From Macrostomum lignano (taxonomy: Eukaryota), in the NCBI GenBank assembly GCA_002269645.1, contig NIVC01000197.1, forward strand, positions 248,001-312,000: a DNA stretch of 64,000 bases, written 5' to 3'. A program made the position numbers and the translations under genes. Position 1 is the first letter of the stretch. Every line of letters begins with the position of its first letter. Positions 13,069-24,060 of this stretch are shown here, in pieces. The notes under the pieces were generated by a model. It worked only from the letters and a program-made list of their open reading frames with translations, was not told the DNA's origin and did not search any database.

Positions 13069-13628
13069 AGAGCCAGTCGTCTGCGATATTGTGGGTGCAA
13101 ACAGCATCGATATAATTAACTGACAATTATCTTGCCAACAACAATTTGCGCAGGGACGCCGAGTTTGGACAGTTTGCCGTTGAGCTGGACGCTCACTGCA
13201 AGCAGGGCGCGAGCCCGTGCCAACCGTCCGACCTGCAGGTCAATAGCCTGGTTGCCGCCCCATTCATGGATGTGTACTATCGGGCCAGGATCACTCAGCT
13301 CCTACCTGACCAGTCTAGTGCCGTAGTCTATTATATAGACTACGGCAATGCCGATTCAGTCGGATTCAACCAGCTATTTAAGCTGGAGCCGGCCCACCTG
13401 GCCAAGCCAGCCTGGGTTAAGCGGGGCCGGCTTAGCCGCATCGCTCCGGCCGCTAGCAACGGCCAGTGGCCCGACAACATCCAGGTCGACGTGCAGACCC
13501 AGCTGGGCGGGGACACCGCCGTGCTGCGCTTCGCCCCGCCCGACGCCTGCGACCTGGCCACTGAACAGTGCCCGTCTCTGTGCCAGGCTCTCGTCCGGGC
13601 CGGACTAGCCGCTATTGTTATCGAATGA
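6546..13628 (+). CDS. RRM + Gly/Ser-rich linker + three extended Tudor domain protein (about 866 aa)
   Basis: Exons 6546-6697, 7941-8297, 9414-10083, 11173-12119 and 13154-13628 total 2601 nt with all phases compatible. RRM: NLFIVF...RLCFATYESEAKA. Tudor cores: WDSDSKYYRAVV...FFFDEAS, WAQDNNFYRARV...FFLDDGN and FMDVYYRARI...YYIDYGN. Confidence 0.85.
6825..7234. mobile_element. Foldback-like non-autonomous DNA transposon with long arms built of about 16-bp subrepeats
   Basis: The left arm (TTTCACAAGGTCGAAA repeats) is inverted relative to the right arm (TTTCGACCTTGTGAAA repeats). The termini are GGGG...CCCC, with GGCAGAAT directly repeated at 6817-6824 and 7235-7242. Confidence 0.75.
7235..7893. 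repeat. About 40-bp G-rich minisatellite, intron 1 of the second Tudor gene
   Basis: Unit GGCAGAATCAGGCAGTGGCCAGCTGAAATCAATGGGG(G)n. One unit also lies at about 6780-6824, left of the foldback element. Confidence 0.95.
8343..8829. repeat. Purine-only degenerate GA-rich array, intron 2
   Basis: GAGAGGAGAGAAGAGG / GAGAAAAGATTG variants. Confidence 0.95.
9172..9244. mobile_element. Possible hAT-type MITE right terminus
   Basis: GGGCCGCATGTGGCCCGCGG...TTTTCCGACCCCT resembles the reverse complement of the CAGGGGTCGG...GCGGGCCACATGCGGCCC ends of many hAT MITEs. No left end was found. Confidence 0.4.
10115..11090. repeat. About 30-bp minisatellite, intron 3
   Basis: Unit GAGAGCTGAACACCCTCT(GA)GGGGGCCTGGG. 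Confidence 0.95.
12160..13071. repeat. Pyrimidine-rich minisatellite of about 28 bp plus (GA)n, intron 4
   Basis: Unit CCATCTCCCCATCCACTTCTCCCTTTTC, with (GA)n at about 13046-13071. Confidence 0.95.
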
Positions 13629-14328
13629 TTGAAAGGCCAAACTTGACGTTGCGTTGCTTGCAAACTTTTCGAAATTTATAGGGAGCTTTTATTTATTTTA
13701 CTATCGTGTCTATTCTGTTCGATTTTGTTTGTTGTATTTGGCGCCGTGAGCCCAGCTTTGAAGTGAAACAGTAATTTTCTATTACTTACAAAGCATTTAA
13801 GGAAACATTAACAGGTGCATTGAGCTGATTCCTGGTGTTTATCATATTGTTTGTTGTGCAATTTCTCATTTATTGTCCCTATCTGTAGTTTTGTGACCAA
13901 TTAGCTTTGCCTTGTAACTTTTAATAGCTTTTTAAACGAATCAGCGTTCAGCTAGCTAATCGCTATAGAAGTCACAGAAAGGCCCGTTTTAGTTTTATTA
14001 CGCTGTGTGTTGTGTCTAATTTTTAACCGTTTCTCCTATTAAAGGTTTTTGTTCTCGCGGCCTATGCCCATATATTATTATTTTCTGTTTAAACGAAATC
14101 AATTTCCTGATAAAGAAATTTTTAAAACCGCCGTAATTCGCCGCCCATTGTCGCTTAGTCATTTCCATCTTTGTGAAATAATTCAAACAATAAATAATAC
14201 CGGCTAAGCTTGTTCGCAGGCTTTTGCTAAAGTCTGCCTTTTTTGATAGAACTGTTTTGTTTGGGCTCGATTTCTTATTGGCTAAGGACCGCATTAGAAC
14301 TGGTGCCAGAGTATCCGGGCTCGCACCA

Positions 14329-14773
14329 CAGATACTAGAATAACTAGATAGGTCACTCAGCACATTTGCGTGTAAGCTACTTTCAGTTCAGTAGTAAGTT
14401 AAACAGAAGCATTTTAATTTAAATTTATTTTTAAAGCCTCATTTATCGCCTCTTACCCCCCCCCCAGCTTAAACCCTCCAACCGCGCCATTCCACACAAC
14501 CCCTCCCCGCCCGCCTCAATTTTTATTGCCTTTCTCTGAATTCCAGCCTAAAGCTGCCATGTACATTTCAGTGGACTTGGCCAATGTACATTATTGCTGA
14601 ACCAATTAGCAAGTTGTTTACCGCCTGCAAGCTTGGGCTTCTAAACTTATCAAAGCCACTTCAGCTGGCTTTATTTTTATAAAATAGCTTATGTATTCTT
14701 TGCTACTGAACTGAAAGTAGAAAGCTGTTTCTTAAAAGTAAATATGCCTGAGTGGCCCATCTAGTTATTTTAG
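14329..14773. mobile_element. MITE family A copy with long imperfect TIRs
   Basis: TAACTAGATAGGTCACTCAG and CTACTTTCAGTTCAGTAG on the left are inverted to CTGAGTGGCCCATCTAGTTA and CTACTGAACTGAAAGTAG on the right. The body matches 1-287. Confidence 0.7.
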
Positions 14774-15104
14774 TCTAAGGCATATTCGTGAGTTGTTTTT
14801 GCTTTTGTCAAACTGCTTTTAACCTGAAGGCTCTGTGGTTCCCTGTTAACCTGTATCTGTGGTTCACACTAATATCCTGTGTGAGTGTGCAGTGTGCCTG
14901 TTGTCGACGTCGTAAAGTTTTCCCAGGTGAATCATGAAGGAACTTTTAATTTTCCATCGACCTCGAAGTTGGTGCTTGACATTTGGGTACATTTAGTGAA
15001 GCAGGGAAGTTTTTAGAAAAATCGCTCACAATTCCTTTTGGTAATGTTTGATAAACAGCCTTTGTATACATATTTTATAATTTGATTTCAGTCCAAGCCG
15101 AAAC

Positions 15105-18100
15105 ATGCTTAACTCGTTAAAGAACTACGTTAACACCCAGCTGTCTACTATTAATCCGTACAAAATTGAAGAGGCCAATCCTGCTAACTTTAACAAGTGA
15201 GTCAGTCGGGCGTGTTGCCTCCATTGTTATAACTAATCAGTGGTTACTTCTTTTTATTTTAGTAGTAATTAATGAGAATTGCAATTTACAGGTACCAGGT
15301 GCACATTAGCGACAATGCGGGCAGCAAATTGTACCGGGTGGCCAATCATTTCGAGATGATATTTACCTATACAAATGCCAAAAATGAGTCTAAGGCATAT
15401 TCGTAAGTTGTGTTTTTGCTTTTGTCAAACTGCTTTTAACCTGAAGGCAGAAACAGAAATGTAGAAGATGGGAAGGGAGAGATGCTGGAGGTGGGAAGGG
15501 AGAGATGCTGGAGGTGGGAAGGGAGATATGCTGGAGGTGAGAAGGGAGAGATGCTGGAGGTGGAAGGGAGAGATGCTGGAGGTGGAAGGGAGAGATGCTG
15601 GAGGTGGAAGGGAGAGATGCTGGAGGTGGAAGGGAGAGATGCTGGAGGTGAGAAGGGAGAGATGCTGGAGGTGAGAAGGGAGAGATACTGGAGGTGGGAA
15701 GGGAGAGATGCTGGAGGTGAGAAGGGAGAGATGCTGGAGGTGGGAAGGGAGAGATGCTGGAGGTGGGAATAGTGAGATGCTGCAGGTGGGAAGAGAGAGA
15801 TGCAGTAGGCAAGGTGATAGTTCCTCAAAAAGCGTGAAACCAACTCAAACCCAGACTGTTCCGGCTGGAGAGCATGTCCGACGCCGAGACCCTGTTCGCT
15901 CACTATTCCTCTCGACTGCGCGTTCTGGAGCGCGTCGAACGGGCCCTGCTGACGCGCAAGAAAGACGTGGAATCTGCCTGCGAAGTGCTGCGCCAGAATC
16001 CCGGCTACACGGCCTGCCACGTTGCTGTGCACCTCAACTGGATACACATGCTGCGGCACCCCGATATGGTTGCCACTGTGAACTCGCCCGACGATGTTAG
16101 CCGAATCACTCCATTCATACTGTCCGTTGTCAATGGCAACATGTCCATTGTGCGCGAATTTCTAACTATGAGCAACGTTGACCTCACCATAGTGGACTCG
16201 AATGGCGATTCCGTGTTTCATCACGCGGCCGGGAAGCCCAGCGAGCTCATGACTGTGAGCCTGACTGATGACTGACTGACTGACTCACTGACTGACTCAC
16301 TGACTGACTGACTGACTCACTGACTCACTGACTAACTCACTGACTGACTGACTGACTGACTGACTCACTCACTGACTCACTCACTGACTGACTGACTGAC
16401 TGACTGACTGACTGACTGACTGACTGACTGACTGACTGGCTGACTAACTGACTGACTGACTGACTCACTCACTGACTCACTCACTGACTGACTGACTGAC
16501 TGACTGACTGACTCACTGACTGACTGACTGACTGACTGACTGACTGACTGACTGACTGACTGACTGACTGACTGACTGACTGACTGACTGACTGACTGAC
16601 TGACTGACTGACTGACTGACTGACTGACTGACTGACTGACTGACTGACTGACTGACTGACTGACTGACTGACTGACTGACTGACTGACTGACTGACTGAC
16701 TGACTGACTGACTGACTGACTGACTGACTGACTGACTGACTGACTGACTGACTGACTGACTGACTGACTGACTGACTGACTGACTGACTGACTGACTGAC
16801 TGACTGACTGACTCACTGACTGACTGACTGACTGACTGACTGACTGACTGACTGACTGACTCACTGACTGACTGACTGACTGACTGACTCACTGACTCAC
16901 TGACTGACTCACTGACTCACTGACTCACTGACTCACTGACTGACTGACTGACTCACTGACTCACAAGCGTTATCACTGTTACTCTAACTATTCAGCTGCT
17001 AATCGGCCGCGACCAGACGATGGTGAATCACGTGAACGACGAGGGAAAAGTGCCGTTGCACCTCACCTGTCAGGCTGCTGACGACTTGGGCACCCTGCTG
17101 CTGCTGCAGGCCGGCGCCGATCCGGCTGGCGGCGAGGCCACCTGCCCGGCCAAGCCCATCCACCTGGCCATGCGGAGCTGCTCGCTCAAGTGAGATCTGT
17201 TCATTTCTAGCTGCCCGATGTAAAACCAGTCCGTGCTTACCATGCCTTGCCTATGTCAGTCTATGTCAGCTATGGTAGGCGCTGTATATGATACAGCCTA
17301 CTGAACAGTAGCGAGCAAGGAATCACGCTCGTAGAAGCTCACACACTGCATACCATAATAACTTTCTGTTTGATTATATTACACAGACACTAATTAGTAG
17401 ATGGACCATTTAGCCATTTTTAATTGCTTGGTAAAAAGCGTTTTCTCTACTTTCAGTTTAGTAGCAAGAAAGCGTGCGTCAGCTATTTTACTCGTATAAA
17501 AATAAAATAAAGGCTGTTGAAATGGTTATTAGACGTAAACAATTCTTGCTATTGGTGCAGCTGTAATGTACATTAGCCAAGCGCCACTAAAGATGTACAT
17601 GTACATTAGCCAGCGCCACTGAAGATGTACATGTACATTAGCCAGCGACACTGAAGATGTACATGTACATTAGCCAAGCGCCACTAAAGATGTACATGTA
17701 CATTAGCCAGCGACACTGAAGATGTACATGTACATTAGCCAAGCGCCACTAAAGATGTACATGTACATTAGCCAGCGCCACTGAAGATGTACATGTACAT
17801 TAGCCAGCGACACTGAAGATGTACATGTACATTAGCCAGCGACACTGAATATGTACATGTACATTAGCCAGCGACACTGAAGATGTACATGTACATTAGC
17901 CAAGCGCCACTAAAGATGTACATGTACATTAGCCAGCGCCACTGAAGATGTACATGTACATTAGCCAGCGACACTGAAGATGTACATGTACATTAGCTAG
18001 CGCCACTGAAGAAGTACATGTACATTAGCCAGCGCCACTGAAGAGGTACATGTACATGACAGCTTTAGACTGGAACACCGAGAACGGCAATTCATTAGAA

Positions 18101-21100
18101 TGATTCTGTGTTGTCCTGTGTCTCCGCATTTATGTACAAAACATAACCTGCTCATCCTCAGGTGCATCGAGATGCTGTGCACCAGAGATCACGGCCTAAT
18201 TAACAGTGTCGACAGCGACGGCAACTCGGTTCTGCACTACGCCCGCGAGAAGGAGATCACCTACACCCTGTGCCACTATCCGCAGATCAATAAGAACTTG
18301 GTCAATACCAAGGGCGAGACGCCGCTGCACTCCGTGATCATCGAGATGTACAAGACCACCGATAAGAAGAAGAAGGAAGACTACCTGGATGTGATCATGA
18401 CTCTGCTAGTGCTCGAGGCCGATGCTAGCATACCTAATATTGAGGGCGAGACTCCTCTGCACTCTGCCGTTCGGGTGAGTTTAATCATCCCCATATTAGG
18501 AGATTTAATTCACTTATCCTCTGAGCGAAGTTAATTCCATTGAATCCTTCAGAATCTCCCCAGTCTCATCCCATGGAATCTCTCACGAATCTTTCTATTT
18601 TCATCCCACAGAATCCCTTAAGAATCTCCCCATTTTATCTCACAGAATCCCTCACAAATCTCCCCATTTTCATCCCACAGAATCCCTTACGCGCTCGTAA
18701 GAATCTCCCCAGTCTCATCCCACAGAATCCCTCATAAATCTCCCCATTTTCATCCCACAGAATCTCCCCAGTCTCATCCCACAGAATCCCTCATAAATCT
18801 CCCCATTTTCATCCCACAGAATCTCCCCAGTCTCATCCCACAGAATCCCTCATAAATCTCCCCATTTTCATCCCACAGAATCTCCCCAGTCTTATCCCAC
18901 AGAATCCCCCAAGAATCTCCCCAGTCCCATCTTACAGAATCCGTCACGAATCTCTTGGTTCATCTCATAAAATCCCTTTAGAATATTTCCATTTATTTTC
19001 ATCCCTGAATTCGCATTTTGTTACTTATTCTGGCACTCTTTCGGGTTGCGCATTCATAATTATGCTAAACATTTGTTCCAGACTCGCAACGTTGACGTAG
19101 TGCGCGCTCTAATCGTATTCGAAGCGGACGTTAACTGTCTGAATAAGCGAGGCCAGACTCCCAGGCACATCTTGTCCAGCGAAGAGGAGGGTCAACCAGC
19201 TTTCGGGTCTGTTTGCTGCGTTCAGTACCTTCAACAGCATTAATTTTATTTAAAATAGCTGTCACCTTAATCTTTAATCGCTGTTTTGTTCTTTGCAGAA
19301 TTTTGCCCTACTTCCGTACCAGCACCCGGGATCGGTGAGCGCTGTTTCAATCTTGATCTGAGGGCATTGAAATCTCTGTTTTTACATGTATGATAAAGGA
19401 CTATTCAATTCGCAGATCTAATATACTGAAAATGAATAATTGAAGCTATAAAGATGAGATTTGCAGATTGGGTTCTAATAGGGTGAGATTTTGCAGATTA
19501 AGTTCTCAGGGTGAGATTTTGCAGATTGAGTTCTTATAGGGTGAGATTTTAAAGATTGAGCTCTTAATAGGGTGAGATTTTAAAGTTTGAGTTCTTATAG
19601 GGTGAGATTTTGAAGATTGAGTTCTCATGGGGTGAGATTTTGAAGATTGAGTTCTCATGGGGTGAGATTTCGCAGATTGAGTTCTTATAGGGTGAGATTT
19701 TGAAGATTGAGTTCTCATGGGGTGAGATTTTGCAGATTGAGTTCTTATAGGGTGAGATTTTTAAGATTGAGCTCTTAATAGGGTGAGATTTTGAAGATTG
19801 AATTCTTAATAGGGTGTGATTTTGCAGATTGAGTTCTTATAGGGTGAGATTTTGCAGATTAAGTTCTCATGGTGAGATTTTGCAGAATGAGTTCTTATAG
19901 GGTGAGATTTTAAAGATTGAGTTCTTATAGGGTGAGATTTTTAAGATTGAGCTCTTAATAGGGTGAGATTTTGAAGATTGAATTCTTAATAGGGTGTGAT
20001 TTTGCAGATTGAGTTCTTATAGGGTGAGATTTTGCAGATTAAGTTCTCAGGGTGAGATTTCTCAGATTGAGTTCTCATAGGGTGAGATTTCTTAGATTGA
20101 GTTCTTTGTGAGAGATTTCGAAGATTGAGTTCTTAGGGAGAGATTTTGCAGATTGAGTTCTTATAGGGTGAGATTTAAAAAATTGAGTTCTTAGGGAGAG
20201 ATTTAGCATAAGGTTTATCAATTTTAAAATTCATAGACTTTAAGAAACTTTTTGCATCACATTCTCACGCAGCGACGTGCTGATCTACACTCTTCACATG
20301 GTCGGCGCCAACCGCTGCTCCAGCAGCACCTCCGGCTGCGGTGACGGCTGTCACTACCGTGGCAAGAACAATGGCACAGTGCCTGAGGCCTGCAAAATAC
20401 CCGAGCTTGAGTCGCACTCGCCCGAGCCCGCTCCGAAATCGAATCCGTTGAGCGGCGCCTCAGCTGTTGCCTTGTTGAAGCGCCTGGACAGCAGTCGGTC
20501 CAGCTCCGGCGGTGTCAACTTTCGCAACTCCTCGTCCAGCAGCTTGAACAGCGGCGGGAACGCGTCAGCCAGCGGCGGCGAGCAGCAGTCGCCTAGCGAG
20601 CCGTGCGTCTACCTGGCGGAGTCGGCCAGCAGTCACAACATTCTGGCTAACGCCACCACTGCCAGCGTCGATGTGCCCGACAGTAGCGAAAGTGACGACG
20701 CTTCGCTGGCGTTGGACAACGCCGAAGGCGACACCCTGCTCTGCCTGGACGGCGGCGGCATTCGCGGCCTCATTCTGGCGCAGCTGATGCGGGCTATCGA
20801 GCGCCGGCTTATTCAACACGAGCAGCAGCCGCAGGCGCAGCTAGTTGACTATTTTGACTGGGTGTCCGGCACCAGCACCGGCGCAATCTGCGCGTTGGCT
20901 CTGGGCGTTGGCAAAACTGCCGCATTTGGCCGCTGTCTGTATTTGAAGCTGAAGGATCGAATGTTTCAGGTACGACAGTGCTGCATTCTGAATGAGTCAA
21001 GGACCCCGAATGAGTCTAGGACTCTGGATGAGTCTAGGACCCTAAATGAGTCTAGGACCCTAAATGAGTCTAGGACCCTGGATGAGTCTAGGACCCGAAT

Positions 21101-22657
21101 GAGTCTAGAACCCTAAATGATTCCAGGACCCCGAATGAGTCTGGGACCCTAAATGAGTCTATAGGACCCTGAATGAATCTAGGACCCTAAATGAGTCTAT
21201 AGGACCCCGAAGGAGTCTAAGACCCTATATGAGTCTGGGACCCTAAATGAGTCTATAGGACCCCGAAGGAGTCTAAGACCCTAAATGAGTCTATAGGACC
21301 CTGGATGAATCTAGGACCCTGAAAAATGAGTCTAGGACCCTAATGAGTCTAGGACCCTAAATGAGTCTAGGACCCTGGATGAGTCTAGGACCCTGGATGA
21401 GTCTAGAACTTTTGTCGCATTACTGTGCTGTACTACTCATTACTACTATGTTAATTTTAACGTAGTTTAATTGGTTCCTACATATCGGCAGGGCTCGCGT
21501 CCCTACGCAGCCGACTTCCTGGAGCAGACGCTGCAAGAGATGTTCGGCGAGAACACCGTAATGACTGACATCCCGCTGAGTCGCTGCGGCATCATGGTGC
21601 ACGCCCTGCTAGCTGACAGATTCCCGCCGCTGCTGCACACTTTCCGCAACTACGATCCGCCTTTGCCCGACCCTAAGCCGCTCAAGTCTTCGCCTGAGGT
21701 GGCCGTCTGCCGGCCCGAGGATCAGCTGGTCTGGCGGGCGGCCAGATCTTCCGGTGCGGCGCCGACATTCTTTAAATCCTGCGATCAGTACCTGGACGGC
21801 GGGCTGGTGGCTAACAACCCCACCCTGGATGCCCTGACTGAGGTCAGCTGTGCTCTATTCTTGCTTCTGTTTGCTTGCAGTGAATGAGTGAGGGAGTCAG
21901 TGAGTGAGTCAGTGAGTGAGTGAGTGAGTGAGTGGGTGAGTGAGTGAGTGAGTGAGTGGGTGAGTGAGTGAGTGAGTGAGTGGGTGAGTGAGTGAGTGAG
22001 TGAGTGGGTGAGTGAGTGAGTGAGTGAGTGATTGAGTGAGTGAGAGTGAGTGAGAGTGAGTGAGTGAGGGAGGGGCAGCAGAGACAGATGCATTGAATCT
22101 ATCCGAGGATATTGCAGCCAAGCAAAGCATCTCCACAATTTTCCTGTTCCCTCCCATCTCCCTCCCCGCAGCTGACCGCCTACTACAAGAAGAACTATAA
22201 CCAGCTGCCAAAGCTGCGCTGCGTTGTATCTCTGGGCACTGGCCGAATCCCAGTGATCCCAATCTCCAACCGTGACGTGTTCATGCCATCCAATCCGGCC
22301 CAGCTGTTGCAGACTTTCCGCGGCATGAACAGCCTGGCCCAGATCATGGTTGAGCAGGCCACTAGCGCCGATTATCAGACTGTACGCCGGGCCCAGGCCT
22401 GGTGCGACTGTCTCGGCGCCCGCTATTACCGACTGTCGCCGCCAATCTCGGCGGACATACCCCTAGACTGCAAGAGTACGTCAATATTGATCCAGATGCT
22501 TTGGGAGACCGAAGTCTACTTGGCTAGGAGTACGGACAAGCTCGACCAGCTGGTTCGGGTGCTCACAGCGCCGCACAGGGCGGCTAAAGCTGCTGCTACA
22601 TTCTCGGCCGAGCCAGGGACGCCTGGGACGCCTAAGACGCCTAAAGTGGCTGACTAG
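15105..22657 (+). CDS. PLA2G6: Calcium-independent phospholipase A2 beta (ankyrin repeats + patatin domain), about 934 aa
   Basis: Exons 15105-15196, 15292-15402, 15855-16254, 16996-17189, 18162-18474, 19082-19206, 19299-19334, 20273-20969, 21492-21842 and 22172-22657, phase-consistent. Ankyrin motifs GETPLH, nucleotide-binding DGGGIRG, catalytic GTSTG and DGG, and N-terminal NPYKI...AYSLFR resembling iPLA2-beta. The donor at 19207 is weak. Confidence 0.92.
15465..15800. repeat. About 20-bp GA-rich minisatellite, PLA2G6 intron 2
   Basis: Unit GGGAGAGATGCTGGAGGTG(G/A)GAA. Confidence 0.95.
16258..16963. repeat. (GACT)n tetranucleotide microsatellite, PLA2G6 intron 3
   Basis: GACT with occasional CACT, beginning a few nt after the donor. 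Confidence 0.97.
17380..18057 (-). repeat. Diverged inverted MITE family A copy whose inner segment is amplified into a 35-36 bp tandem array (about 17563-18057)
   Basis: The reverse complement of 17380-17600 shares TTGCTACT(A/G)AACTGAAAGTAG, AAAATAGCT and TGG(T/C)CCATCTA with family A. The array unit GTACATGTACATTAGCCAGCGCCACTGAAGAT corresponds to the family A segment CATGTACATTTCAGTGAACTGGCTAATGTACATT. Confidence 0.7.
18540..18960. repeat. Degenerate minisatellite, PLA2G6 intron 5
   Basis: CATCCCACAGAATCTCCCCAGTCT / CACAGAATCCCTCATAAATCTCCCC. Confidence 0.9.
19455..20200. repeat. About 30-bp minisatellite, PLA2G6 intron 7
   Basis: Unit GGGTGAGATTTTGAAGATTGAGTTCTTATA. Confidence 0.95.
20990..21408. 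repeat. About 18-20 bp minisatellite, PLA2G6 intron 8
   Basis: Unit GAGTCTAGGACCCTAAAT. Confidence 0.95.
21883..22068. repeat. (GTGA)n microsatellite, PLA2G6 intron 9
   Basis: Read directly from the sequence. Confidence 0.95.
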
Positions 22658-22859
22658 TCCTGAAAACATGCGCTGAATTCGCTGTGCTGGTTTTTGTGCT
22701 ATCAAATTGATCATTTTAAACGCTTTTTAGGTCCCAAAGCTTTCTATATTAAATCACTTATTCACAAGTAGCTACTACTCTACTGTCCATACTACTTAAT
22801 GGACAGTTATGTCCATATACTACTACTACTACTAAAGTAAAATAAGTGATTAAATAGAT

Positions 22860-23070
22860 AAGGGGAGGAGGCTGTGCAACCGGCAGTTCAGCCGTAGGAC
22901 TGGGGGGGGTCGCCACACACCCTCAATTACCCCAGTTAATGCTGGCAGTCATTTTACAGCTGGGTGAACTAAAGCACTGCAGAGTCCAAGTGTCTTTCTC
23001 AAAGGACACAGTTAGTTTTGAGAATCGAACCCCCGACCTTTCAGGTGTGAGTCCGATGCTCTATCCCCGA
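22860..23070 (-). mobile_element. tRNA-derived SINE with a CORE-like central domain
   Basis: The minus strand reads ...GGATAGAGCATCGGACT...GGTTCGATTCT (tRNA-like head with B box), then GTGTCCTTTGAGAAAGACACT and CCCAGCTGTAAAATGA. Confidence 0.65.
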
Positions 23071-23585
23071 GGTTGTGATAAAATAGTTACAATCGGTGGA
23101 CCTCTATAAATTTGATTCTATTTTGATTTCTGTTTGACTGGAGTGATATAATCGATTTCTTCTCTTCTTAATTAGTTTCAAACGGTTTTATCCTTTTTTC
23201 TGCTTTTCTGTGCAATTATTTATCGGATGGAAGATAAGTGTAGAGGTTGAGAATCTACAACTCAAACTAATATGTGAAACAATCTAGTGTATTATACATG
23301 CTCCAGCTAGCATGAAGCTGTGAGTGATTCTGTGGTAACTTTAAAGACTGAGCTTCCTTGTATTGTTGAATCAATTTTGTCACAATAGCCGCCGTTTCAA
23401 GACATTTTTGCTAATGCTAATTCTCTGTTTTGACGTAAAAATTGCTGATAATTAAGTATAGTTTTTGTGTACATTTGTATCGTATGTGTTACGTGATTGA
23501 TATGAAGTAAGTTTATATTAGAATATTGCAACTTTTAGTGCGATTCAAGTAGTGAGAATAGGCCCTTTCGCGTGCGTTTGGTCAC

Positions 23586-23750
<165 letters not shown>

Positions 23751-24060
23751 CTCTAGTGTACTCTAAGTATACATATTTGCGTAGGCAGCCTATACGCACC
23801 TAGTACTCGTAGTAGTTGGCCGCATTCCATAGCTCTAGCTGCTGAGAAATAGTTTGAAAGTTTTTATTGTCAAGTTTATTCATTTTTCAAGCGTTATTTT
23901 ATTTTAAATATTTAACTCTCTCAGTATTTCACTAGCAGGTAGTCATGTCCTGTTTTGGTTCCGGGTGTTCTATGCTCTCTGTTTTTATTCCATCGTTCTG
24001 TGTTTAGTGTAAATATTTATTCCGAGCTAGTTAAACACAGGCATACTGCGGCAATTTTCT

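Noticed and set aside
10095-13123. Long ORFs of 280-330 aa on both strands (SPQAPSEG..., FPSPHPLL..., MGRWEKGE...)
   Set aside because: They are translations of intronic minisatellites that lack stop codons, lying inside introns with clear splice sites.
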